Shown here: positions 12,771 through 24,885 of the stretch, piece after piece | Numbering within the stretch: position 1 is the stretch's first letter | Layout of the letters: every line of letters begins with the position of its first letter | DNA from: Isurus oxyrinchus | Lineage: Eukaryota | Assembly: GCA_026770705.1 (NCBI GenBank) | Contig: JANJGN010000026.1 | Coordinates: 39,990,001 to 40,054,000, forward strand | Reading direction: 5' to 3' | DNA length: 64,000 nt | The notes under the pieces: generated by a model | What the model saw: the letters and a program-made list of their open reading frames with translations, nothing else | What the model was told of the DNA's origin: nothing | The model's database searches: none | Program-made: the position numbers and the translations under genes

Positions 12771-14024
12771 TTATAATCCATTTCATTAGATCAATTCATT
12801 TTGAAGTGTATGAACCGGGCTGAGAGAATATATTGGCTAGATATTGACTTCATGTTGTGGAGTAAAGACAGTGACCCATGGTGGAGAGACAAGACAAATA
12901 ACCAGAGAGGACAAAGAGACAGAGAGAGAGAGAGGATACAGGACATCCCTACAAACACATTTGCCATGACATTATATTTCGTGATAAGTGGGAATCTTAC
13001 TTAATTCTGAATATAGATATCATTGTGACATAATTCTCATATAACTGAATTTAAAAATGCTCAAAAAACAATTGCTACTGAAAGCGGTTGATGTATTTGC
13101 ATGTTTGACTCTATTTCTGTGCTGTGTTGATGGAGAAATATTTGCAGTGCTTTTGTGTCTCCAGAATCTAATCTGGGACTTCTATTTCTGTGTTTATTTA
13201 CATAAACGCCTGACTGATTTCAATGAAGTGTTCATGGCAGCAAAACCAGATAAACACAGACACTTATTGATTGGTTTCGTTCAAAACAAGGGTTTATTTT
13301 AAGAATATTGACAGTTGGCACAAAATTAATAGAAACATTTTCAACATCCACTAGAACAGATGTTATTTATTTCAAATAATTAAAAATACATTTAAATTAA
13401 TAATTCAATTCTGAAAGTTCTACTGTCACAATCAATGATGAATATTTGAACAGGGTGGGATTACACTCAATGTCAATTTGTTGGAAGATTTAACCAATTA
13501 AAAATGGACAATTTAAAATAGCAGCCAGAGGAGCGACCTATAATCATATTAATCTCAGTGTTTTCAACATATCACAACTAACATTTTAAAATGTTAACAT
13601 TTAGGAAGAATTTACATTTATAGAATGCTGCTTATGACACCAGGATGCCCTGAAGCCCTTGAAATTCGTTGATGTACATTTGTTGAAGTTTAGTCACTGC
13701 TGTAATATTGGAAATCCATCCGGTGATTTGTGCACAGCAAGCTCCCACGAATAGAGCTGCAAAAAATGATGAGATAATATGTGATTTTAGTTGAAGAATG
13801 AATACTGGACTAGCATAGTGGGGAGAACAGTCCTGCTCTATAGCTTGGTACCAAGGGAGATTTTGCACCTGTCATTGGCCTGAACGTTTGACCTGTTTCT
13901 CTCTCTATTGATGCCCACTGACCTGCTGAGTGGTTATTTTTTGCCCTGCTTCAGATTTCCCAAATCCGCAGTGTTTTGTAGTGTTTTAATTCATTCTTGG
14001 GATATGGGCGTCAATGATGAAGTA

Positions 14025-17000
14025 ATTCTTGCACTTGGCCCTGTCTCAGTTTATTCTTGTCCAGACCATATATCAGGAATCACTGCACTAGACATTGTCT
14101 CAGTTTATGTTACGTTAGACTCTGTATCATTAATCGCTGCAGTGGACCCTGTCTCAGTTTACATTAATCAAGACCCTATGTCAGTCATCTCTGCCCTGGA
14201 CATTGTCTGAGTTTATATTAATCTACACCCTGCATCAGTAACCACTGCGCTAGGCCCTGTCTCAGTTTCTATTAATCTTGACCCTGTATTAGTAATGACT
14301 GCACTGGACTTTGTCTGAGTTTATATTGATCAGGACCATATATTAGTAAACACTGCACTGGACCCTGTCTCAGTTTCAATTAATCTTCACCCTGTATTAG
14401 TAATGACTGCTCTAGGCCCTGATTCAGTTTATATTAGTCCAGACCCTCTAACAGTAATCATTGGAAAGGACACTGCCTCAGTTTATATTGATCCTGATCC
14501 TGTATCATTAATTACTGCACTAGCCCCTGTTCTAGTTTATAATAATCTCGTCCCTGTGTCAGTAATCACAGCACTCGGCCCTGTCACAGTTTGTATTAAT
14601 CTAGATTCTGTGCCAGTAATCACTGCACTAGACACTGTCTCACTTGATACTGATCTAGACCTGTATCAGTAATCAGTTTATATTATCACAGAATCACAGC
14701 ATCACACAGTGCAGAAGAGGCCCTTTGGCCCAACGAGTCTGCACCGACATGTGAGAAACACCTGACCTACCTGCCTAATCCCATTTTCCAGCATTTGGTC
14801 ATAGCATTGAATGTTATGACATGCAAAGTGCTCATCCAGGTATTTTTTAAAGGATTTAAAGGATTTTTTAATCTGGATCCTGTATTAGTAATCAGTGCAC
14901 TCAACATTGTCTGAGTTATGCTGATTGAGACACTGTATTAATAAACATTGTGCTAAACCCTGTCTCAGTTTATATTAATCTAGATCCTGTATCAGTCATC
15001 ACTGCACTATGGCCTGCCTCAGTTTAAATTAGTCCAGACCATCTATCAGTAATAATTGCAATAAGCCCCGTCTCAGGTTATATTAATCTAGATCTTGTAT
15101 CAGTAATGACTGCACAAGGCCCTGTCTCACTTTATATTAATCCAGACCCTGTATCAGTAATCACTGCACTTGGACCTATCTCAGTTTATATTGATCAGGA
15201 CACTGTATCAGTAATTACTGCAATCTGCCCTAAGTCAGTTTATATCAATTTAGACCCTCTATCAGTAATCACTGCACTTGGCCCTCTCTCTGTTTCTATT
15301 AATCTAGACCCTGTATCAATTATCACTGCATGAGGCCCTGCCTCAGTTTATATTAATCTAGGCTCTGCATCAGTAATCGCTCCACTGGACATTGTCTAAG
15401 TTCATATTGATTGAGACCATGTGTCAGTAATCACTGCACTCGGCCCTGCCGCAGTTTATATTAAGCTAGATGCGGTACAATATGCCAGGCCTCATTTTGT
15501 TTATCAATCTAGACCCTGTATCAGTAATCACTGCACTAGGCCCTATCTCAGTTTACATTAATTTAGTCCATGCAGCAGTAATCACTGCCCGAGCCCCTGT
15601 CCCAGTTATATTTATCTAGGCCCTGTGTCAGGTTATGTTAGTTCAGACCGTGTATCAGTAATTACTGCACAAGAGCCTGTCTCAGTTTATATTAATCAAG
15701 ACCCTGTTTCAATAATCACTGCACACGTCCCTGTTCCAGTTATTATAATCTGCACTCTGAATCTATAATCACTGCACTTGGCCCTCTCTCAGTTTCTATT
15801 AACCTAGATCCTGTATCAGTAATCACTGCAGTAGGCCCTGCCTCAAGTCAAATTTATCTCGGCCCTGTATCAGTGATCACTGCTTTGGGCACTGTCTGAG
15901 TTTATATTGATTGAGACCCTGTATCAATAATTACTGCACAAGAACCTGTCTCAGTTTATATTAAGCTAGATCCTGCATCTGTAATCACTGCAATGAACAC
16001 TGTCTCCATATATATTGCTCTAGGCTCTGTATCACTGCAATATGCCCTCCCTCAGTTTATATCAAATAGACCCTGTGTCAGTAATCACTGCACGTGACCC
16101 TGTCACAGATTCTATTAACATAGAGCCTGCATTTGTCATCACTGCACAATGCCCTGCCTCAGTTTATATCAATCAAGACCCTGTATCAGTAATCTCTGCA
16201 CTAGGCCCTGTCTCAGTTTATATTAGTCCAGAGCCTCTATCAGTAATCACTGCACTAGGCCCTTTCTCCATTGATATTGATCTAGATCTTGTATCAGTAA
16301 TCACTGCAAAGGACACTGTCTCAGTTTATATTGATCATGATCCGAATCATTAATCACTGCACTAGCCCTTGTCCTGGCTTATACTTATCAAGGCCCTATC
16401 TCAGTTTATATTAATCTGTACCCTGTATCAGCAATCACTGCACTATGCCCTGCCTCAGTTTTTTTAAAATCAGTCTAGACCCTGTATCAGTAATCACTGC
16501 ACTAGACCCTATCAAAGTTTATATTAATTTAGCCCCTGCAGCAGTAAACACTGCCTGAGCCCCTGTCCCAGTTATATTTATCTGGGCCCTGTGTCAGTGA
16601 ACAGTGCACCAGGCCCTGTCTCAGGTTATGTTAGTTCAGTCTGCGTATCAGTGATTACTGTACAAGAGCCTGATTCAGTTTATATTAATCAAGACCCTGT
16701 TTCAGTAATCACTGCCCTCGACCCTATTCTGGTTATAATAATCTGCACCCTGAATCTATAATCACCGCACTTTGCCCTCTCTCAGTTTCTATTAACCTGG
16801 ACACTGCATCGGTAATCAATTTAATATGTCCTGTCTTAGTTTATATCAATCTAGACCCTAAATCAGTAATTGCTGCACTATACATGATGATAGTTTTATA
16901 TTTATCAAGACCTTGGATCAGTGATCTCTGCACTAGACACTGTCTCATGTTATATTAATCCAGACCCTGCATCATTATTCACTGCACTAGACCTTATCTC

Positions 17001-18980
17001 AGTTTATACTGATGTACACCCTGTAACCATAATCACTTCAATGGACACTGTCTCAGTTTATATTGATCCTCATCCTTTATCATTAATCACTGCACGAGCC
17101 CCTGACCGAGTTTATATAACTCTCATCCCTGTGTCGGTAATCACTACACTAGGCCCTGCCTCACTTTATATCAACCTAGACCATCTATCAGTAAACACTG
17201 CACTAGGCCCTGTCTCAGTTCATATTGATCCAGACCCTGAATCAGTAATGACTGCACTATAGCCTGCCTCAGTTCATATTAATCTGTCCCTAAATCAGTA
17301 ATTGCTGCACTAGGCCCTGCCTCAGTTCATATTAATTTAGGCCATGTATCAGTAATCACTGCAATGGACACTGCCTCAGTTTATATTGACCCTGATCCTG
17401 CATCATTTATCACTGCACTCGCCTCTTTCCTGCTTTATATTCACCTAGGCCCTGTATCAGTAATCACTGCACTAGGCTCTGTCTCAGTTTACATTAATCT
17501 AGACCCTGTATCAGTAATCTCTGCACTCGACCCTATCTCAATTTATATTGATCTAGGCCATGCATCATAATCAGTGCAATGGACACTGTCTCATTTTATA
17601 TTAATTGAGGCCCTGTACCAGTAATCACTGTACATGCCTCCATTTATATCAATCCATATCCTGTATCAGTAATCACTGCACTAGACCTTAACTCAGTTTA
17701 TATTAGTCCAGAACCTGTATCAATAATGACTGAACTAGGGAATGCTTCAGTTTATTTTAGTCCAGACACTGTAACAGTGATCATTGCACTAGCCCCTGTC
17801 CCAATTTATATTTATTTAGACCCTGTATCAATGATCACTGCACAATGCCCTGTCTCAGTTTATATCAAGCTAGAGCCTGTATCAGTAATCGCAGCACTAT
17901 AATAAAAGCAAAAAACTGTGGATGCTGGAAATCCAAAACAAAAACAAAAATACCTGGAGAAACTCAGCAGAACAGGCAGCATCTGGGGAGAGGAGCCCAG
18001 TTCACGTTTCAAGTCCGCGTAACTCTTCAACAGAATGAAGGAAAAATAGAAAAGGGGTGAAATATGTCTTATTAGCTTATATCCCACCATTCCCTGCCCC
18101 CTTTAACCAGCTTATATTTCACCCCTTTTCTATTTTTCCAAAGTTCTGTTTAAAAGTCATGCAGACTTGAAACATTAACTGTGTTACTCTCCATAGATGC
18201 TGCCAGACCTGCTGAGTTTTTCCAGGTATTTTTGTTTTTGTTATTGTAGCACTATACCCTGTCTCGGTTTATATTAATCAAGACCCTGTATCAGTAATCA
18301 CTCTACTGGACACTGCCTCCTTTTATATTGATCAAGACCATGGATCAGTAATCATTGCACTTGGTCCTGTCTCAGTTTATATTAGTCTAGATCCTTTATG
18401 AGTAATCATTGCACTAGCCCCTGCATCAGTTTATATTGACCTAGACCCGGTAACAGTAATCACTGCACTTGGCCGCACCTCAAGTTTTATTAATCTAGAC
18501 CCTGTATCTCTAATCACTGCACTGGACACTCTCTCAGTTTATATTGATCTACCCACTGTATCAGTAATCATTGCTCTAGTCCCTGTCCTAGTTTATTTTT
18601 ATCTCAGCCCTCTATGAATAATCACTGCACTATGCTTGCCTCAATGTATATCAACCTAGACCCTGTATCAGTAATCACTGCACAGGGCATTGTCTGAATT
18701 TATATTGATCAAGATCCTGTAACAATAACCACTGGACCAGACCCTGTTCCAGTTTATATTAATCTAAATCCTGTGTCTGTAATCACTGCACTTGAGCATA
18801 TCTCAGTTCATATTAATCTAGATCCTGTATCAGTTATCACTGCACATGAGCCTGTCTCAGTTTACATTAATCTAGACACTGTATCAGTAAGCATTGCACT
18901 AGGCCCTGTCTCAGTTCATGATAATCTAGACCCTCCATTAGTAATCACTGCACTAGGCACTGTCTCAGTTTATATCAATC
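14025..18980. repeat. Large degenerate 54-bp (27+27) satellite
   Basis: Consensus TAGACCCTGTATCAGTAATCACTGCAC+TAGGCCCTGTCTCAGTTTATATTAATC; gives 18-aa periodic pseudo-ORFs (DPVSVITALGPVSVYINL). Interrupted by small TE insertions near 14680-14860 and 17900-18245. Confidence 0.93.
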
Positions 18981-18983
18981 TGG

Positions 18984-20295
18984 ATAAAAGCAAAATAGTG
19001 CGGATGCTGGAAATCTGAAAGAAAAGCATAAAATGCTGGGACATCACAGCAGGTCTGACAGCACCTGTGGTGAGAGAAGCAGAGCTAACTTTCTGAGACT
19101 GTATGACCTTCCTCAGAGTTAAAGAGAAGTCAAAATGTGATGACATTTGCTGTTTAAGTGGGGCGGAGCAGGTCAAGCTGGATAGAAGGCAAGCAATAGG
19201 TAGAAGTCAGGTGACACTGCCAAACATATCATAGGCAAACAGAAAAAGGGAGTGTTAATGGCAGTAGTAAGGCTAAAGTAGGTGCTGATAGAGTCATAAA
19301 GGTAAGAAAGCAGAATGTATTAACAGCAGAGCCAGAATCTGCACACTGTTGAAGAACAACATGGGACAAGTAACTGATTGCCCTTTTGGGGGTGTGGTAG
19401 GGGTGGTTGGGGAAAAACGGTATAAAAAGGAATGAAAAAGGGGATAAAAAGAGGATAAAATAATGAATAAATAAATAAGGCTGTAAAGTGCATAATTGGA
19501 AGATGAGTTTCTGTTCCTCCAGTTTGTGTTGGGCTTCACTGGGGCAATGCAGCAGGTCAAAGAGGGACATGTGGGTATCAGAGCAGGATGGCGTGTTGAA
19601 ATTGCAAGCGACAGGAACGTCTAGGTCATGCTTGCAGATAGACCAAAAGTGTTCCACAAAGCGGCCTGCCAGTCTGTGTTTGGTGTCCCCAATCTAGAGG
19701 AGACGGCATTGGGAGCAGCGAATGCAGTCGACCAAATTGAAGGAGGTGCAATGAAGCGGTGCTTCACCTGAAAGGAGTACTTGGGCCCTTGGATGGTGAG
19801 GAGGGAGGAGGTAAAGGGGCAGGTGTTGCATCTTCTCTGATTGCTTGGGAAGGTGCCATGGGAAGGGATGAGGTGTTGTGGATGATGGAGGAGTGGACCA
19901 GGGTGTCTCGGAGGGAACAGTCCCTGCGGAATGCTGACAGGGGTGGGGGTGGAGTGGTGAGGGGAAGGTGTGTTTGGTGGTGGCATCATGTTGGAGTTAG
20001 CGGAAAAGTCGGAGGATGATCCTTTGAATGTGGGGGTGGTGGGATGAAATATGAGGAAAAGGGGGACCCTATCATGATTCTGGGAGAGAGGGGAATGTGT
20101 GAAAGCAGAGATGCGGGAGATGGGTTGGACACAGTTGAGGGCCCTGTCAACCACAGTGGGTGGGTAACCTTGGTTAAGGAATAAGAAAGGCATGTCAGAA
20201 GCATCATTTTGGATAGTGGCATCATCGGAACAGATGTGAAGGAGGTGAACGAACTAAGAGAATGGAATAGCGTTTTTCCAGCATTTTCTGTTTTT
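18984..20295 (-). mobile_element. Penelope-like retroelement fragment (GIY-YIG region)
   Basis: Peptides GYPPTVVDRAL, RVPLFLIFHP, GTFPSNQRRCNTCP, PVACNFN..HMS, LEEQKLIFQL.TLQP typical of the PLE C-terminus; terminal repeat GCGGATGCTGGAAATC. Confidence 0.8.
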
Positions 20296-20594
20296 ATATC
20301 AACTTAGACCCTGTATCAGTAATTACTGCATTGGACCCTTCCTCCGTTGGCATTAATCTCTGCCCTGTATATGTAATCACTTCACTCGGCCCTGTCTCAG
20401 TTTATATCAATCTAAATCCTGTATCAGGAATCACTGCACTGGACCCTGCCTCAGTTTATGTCAATCGAGGCCCTGTTTTAATAATTCCTATACATCCCCT
20501 GTTCAATTTATTTCACACCCTCATTTGTAACTGTAAACGCCAGATTACATTTTGCTTAAGTTATTGTTGTACAGGTGAACGTCACTGTTAACAG

Positions 20595-20750
20595 TACAAA
20601 AACAGAATTAACTGGAAAAACTCAGCAGGTCTGGCAGCATCGGCGGAGAAGAAAAGAGTTGACGTTTCGAGTCCTCATGACCCTTCAACAGAACTCTGGT
20701 AATTCGGTTTTTGTTTTGGATTTCCAGCATCCGCAGTTTTTTTTGTTTTT
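20595..20750. mobile_element. Short Penelope-derived inverted terminal-repeat element (other copies 7560-7695, 17900-18245, 26700-27100, 31270-31475, 48960-49090)
   Basis: Shared GGATGCTGGAAATCC...CTGGAAAAACTCAGCAGGTCTGGCAGCATC sequence, present in inverted arrangement and matching the PLE end at 18984. Confidence 0.75.
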
Positions 20751-21084
20751 ATCACTGTTAATAGTACAATGGGCCTTATCTTGTTTGTTACTGCAGCCGT
20801 CCATATCTCTACTTGTGTTGCAATTGGTCCTTTCCCAGTTATCACTACACCTGACGCTGCTGCTGTTTATATCATGCATATCATGCGCCAGTTATTATTA
20901 CATTAGGCCGTGCTTCTGTGGACACTCCAATTAACCCTTTTCCAGTTTACACTGTAGTACAACCATGTTTTAATTTATATTTAACTGCAAATTGTGTTTC
21001 GGTGTTTTACACTGAACCATGCTTCAGTTATCACTGCCCTTGACTTGCTGAACTTGTCTCACTGATGACTGTACCAGACCATAC

Positions 21085-21745
21085 GAACACACGAGCATAC
21101 GAACAAGGAGCATGAGTAGGCCATTCAGCCCCTCGAGCTTGCTCCACCATTTCATAATATCATGGCTGATCTGACAGTAACATGAAATCTGCATCCTGCC
21201 GACCCCCGATAACTTATCACCCCCTTGCTACCAAGAATCTATCCACCTCTGCCTCAAGGCTCTGCTTCCACTGCCTTTTTATGGAGAGAGTCCCAAAGAT
21301 TCTCGACCCCGAGAGTGAAAATATTCACTTCATCTCCGTTTTACATGGCTGACACCTTATTTTTAAACAGTGACCCCAATTCCAGATTCTCCCACAAGAG
21401 GAAACATCCTCTCCACATCCACCCTGTCAAGACCCCTCAGGATCTTATATGTTTCAGTGAAATCACCTTTTACTCTTCTAAACCCCAGAAGACATGAGCC
21501 TAGCCTATCAAACCATTCCTCATTAGACAACCCACCCATTCCAAGTATTAGTCTAATAAACCTTCTCTGAACCTCTTACAACACATTTACATCCTTCCTT
21601 AAATAAGGTGACCAATACAGTAGACAGTACACGAAACATGATCTCACTGGTGCCCTGTATAGCTGAAGCATAACTTCCGTACATTTGTATTCAATTTTTC
21701 TCGCAATAAATTATAACATTCTATTAGTTTTCACAATTACTTACC
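21085..21745 (-). mobile_element. CR1 LINE 3' fragment
   Basis: Reverse of typical CR1 RT C-terminus and 3' UTR (GGCCATTCAGCCCCTCGAGC...). Confidence 0.75.
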
Positions 21746-22029
21746 ATTTCTCCTTTTATCTTTCTCTCAGCATTGTATCAGTGTATATAATGCTATCTGC
21801 AGTTTAACTTATTAATGCACTGGACCATGCCTCTATATACACTACAATTGACCTTTTCTCTGTTATTACTGCACTAGACTATTTCTCTATCTCTATTGCA
21901 TTATATGATGCTTTGTTTATTAATGCACATAGCCGTGCCTCTATATATACTGCAAGTGACAATTCCTGAGCTGCTGTTGCATTGTACAAAGTCTCAGTTT
22001 GTATTTTATTAGGATTTATCTGACAACCA

Positions 22030-23170
22030 AATTGTGGGAAAAGTTATAGCTCATGGAATAAAAGGGACAGAAGCAATGTGGTTACAAAGTTAGCTGAAAA
22101 AAAGGAAGTAGGGAGTAATGGTCAATTGATGTTTTTCGGGCTGGAGGAAGGTTTGTAGTGCAGTTCCCCAGGGGTCGGTATTGGGACCCTTGCTTTTCCT
22201 GATATATATTAACCATCTAGGCCTTGGTGTGCAGGGGACAATTTGAAAGTTTGCGGATGATACGAAGCTTGGGAGTGTTGCAAACTGCCAGGGGAATGGT
22301 GTGGAACTTCAAGAGGACTCAGACAAGTTGGTGGAGTGGGCAGATAGGTGGCAGATGAAATTCAATGTGGAGAAGTGTGAGGTGATGCATTTTGGTAAGA
22401 GGAACATGGACAAGCAAAATAAATAAGGGGTGGAGTTTTGAAAGGAGTGCAGGAGCAGAAAGACTTGGGTGTAGATATGCATAGATCATTGAAAGTGGCA
22501 GGACAGGTGGAGAGAACAGTTAATAAAGCATATAGTATCCTGCGCTCTATTAATAGGGGCATAGAGTACACGAGCAGGGAGGTTATGCTGAATTTATATC
22601 GTTAGACCTCAGCTGGAATATTGTGTGCCATCCTTGGTATGATATCAAAGGAAGGATGTGAAGATATTGGAGAGAGTGCTGAAGAGGTTTAGAAGAATGT
22701 ACCCAGGGATGAGAAATTTCAGTTATGAGGGGAGATTGGAGAAGCTGGGATTGTGTTCCATGGAGAGGAGAAGGCTGAGAGGAGATTTGATTGAAGTATT
22801 CAAAATCATGAGTGGGCTGGACAGAGTAGAGAGGAAGAAACTGTTCCCATCCGTAAAAGGATAAAGAACGAGAGGGCACAGGTTTAAAGTGGTTTGCAAA
22901 AGAAGCAAATGTGATGTGAGAACTTACTTTTTCACACAGCGAATGGTTCGGCCTGGAATACACTGACTGGAAGTGTGAGGAAGGCAGGTTCAACTGAGGC
23001 ATTCAAAAGGGCGTTAAATGATTATTTGAATAGAAACAAAGTGCTAGGGTGCAGGGAAAAGCCAGAGCAATGGCACTATGTCAGAATGCTCATTTGGAGG
23101 TCCGATGCAGACAAGTTGGGCCGAATGGCCTCCTTCTGTGCCGTTAAAGTTCTGTGATTCTATGATTCTG
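22030..23170 (+). mobile_element. CR1 LINE RT/3' fragment
   Basis: [48 protein letters not shown], ending in a (TTCTRTGA)n tail. Confidence 0.88.
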
Positions 23171-23789
23171 TGATATTACTGTTTTAGGCTGTTTCATTCA
23201 TTACTGTACTCTTCTATGTCTCACCTTATGTTATAAAGGTCCAATCCCATTTATTAATACACTAGACTACGTCTCAGTTATTACTTCACTATAAAAAGCC
23301 TCTGATAACTGTACAGAGGTGGAGAGAGAGCCAGGCGAACAGGTGAGTATTAATTTTTAAAATGTCATAATATCCTCTGGGTCAAAAGGTTTTGAAAGAA
23401 TACATTTAGTCTTGCTGCTAACTATTAGGCGTTCTGTGCAATTTCTAATTGCTCTAGTGTGATGTGTGTACTGTTTGTGCTGAAAGGTTGGGCTGAATCT
23501 TGTAAGATTCCCTTCATCAATGAGGTTGAGGATTAGAAACAAAGATGAACCACATTGCATTGCACATTGCACAACTTAGTCACAAACTGCATTGTGTTGG
23601 AGATGACTGATTCATACTTGAGTTTATCAATGACAATTGCTCACAGGTTTCTTTAATTTCCAGATATTTTTCCATCTTTCAACAGGAATGTCTGTTTGCT
23701 TTTGGCGTGGTCACTGATTGTGAGAGACAAGATCTGAAGGCGAATGAGCGGCAGCAGTCTCCTAATAACCAATGCTCCTGTGTGCGAAA

Positions 23790-23945
23790 GGTGTTTGTGT
23801 GTGTGTGTGTGTGTGTGTGTCTGCGTGTGTGTGTGTGTGTGTGTGTTTCTGTGCATGTGTGTGTGTGTGTGTATTACTGCCTGTGTGTCTGCATGGCTGA
23901 GCATGCGCGTGTGCCTGTGCGTGTGTGTGTGAGTGTGAATGTGTG
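23790..23945. repeat. (TG)n microsatellite
   Basis: Imperfect GT dinucleotide run. Confidence 0.95.
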
Positions 23946-24609
23946 CGGGTACATCTAGAACATATCATGCTTCATTGCTTTCAAAAGACATAATTATTTT
24001 TCAGCAAGTTATGATAGTTTATTGAGAATATATCTATATGCTGCCTATGCTGCCATTAATATTTATCGGTAATGCATTGTCTTGAGTGCACTGGAAAGTA
24101 ATGTCAAGCTGGCCATTCCATTATCATGGTAAATACATATTTGAAATGACTCAGTGAACTTCTTCCCTCTCTTCCTCTGTCTCAGAATACACCTAAATCA
24201 GTTAATCTCTCTTCTCTCAGACTTCACTTAACTCACTTACACGGACTCACAAGAGCCGGATCTGGCAGCTTCGAGGAACCAATGTTTAAATCTTTTGCTT
24301 AAGGCACATTATCACTTCAAAAAAATTAAGTGCCAAAACCTCATCAGAGGAAAATTCAGTGCCATAAAGACATCAGCTCACTCACTTAACTTCTCTCCTC
24401 TCTTTCTCTCAGGCAGCACCAAACCCTTTTAAAACTTTCCATTTTAGAATACCCCCTGTGAGCGGTTTCATTGTTTTAATTTCCCCTCTTTTCTCCCAGT
24501 GATTACATTCAGTCAATCTCGCCTTCAGTTAATATGTTATAACCAAAATAACCTCGTTTATTTAATTCTTTAAATTGGGAATGAAGGTGAATGTAATGCT
24601 GAGGCCGAC

Positions 24610-24885
24610 AGCAATCTGTGTGGTTGTTCTTGATGCTGTCAGAGTGAGTTCACCCTCACAGGCAGGAAGACTGTTCGGGGTGATAACATGAAAGTGACGC
24701 CTGCTTTTTCATTCTCAGGTAGCACAACTTCCTGTTTCTCTACTGCAGGTTCCAAACCGCACATCTCACTTCTGAGCAGAAAATAAATCCAGGGGCCACA
24801 ATCTGGTGAGAACATCTGTCAAGGCGGCCTATTTCTGGCCACAGAGTCGGGGCAGAGTCACACAGATCACATTGCGGTGACACTT
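24610..24885. promoter_or_regulatory. Candidate lymphoid enhancer (RUNX/ETS/GATA/CRE/E-box cluster)
   Basis: TGTGGTT 24619, CAGGAAG 24663, TGATAA 24681, TGACG 24695, ACTTCCTG 24727, AACCGCA 24755, CATCTG 24813, TGCGGT 24873 within 270 bp of non-repetitive DNA. Motif evidence only. Confidence 0.35.

Noticed and set aside
14025-18980. Repetitive 18-aa-period ORFs; superficial CRISPR-like periodicity
   Set aside because: Degenerate satellite with frequent stops and frameshifts, no unique spacers, eukaryotic context.
23300-24500. Splice-like signals (CAGGTGAGT at 23340 and several pyrimidine-AG acceptors) suggesting J or C exons
   Set aside because: No RSS, no FGxG/WGxG motif and no C1-domain reading frame.
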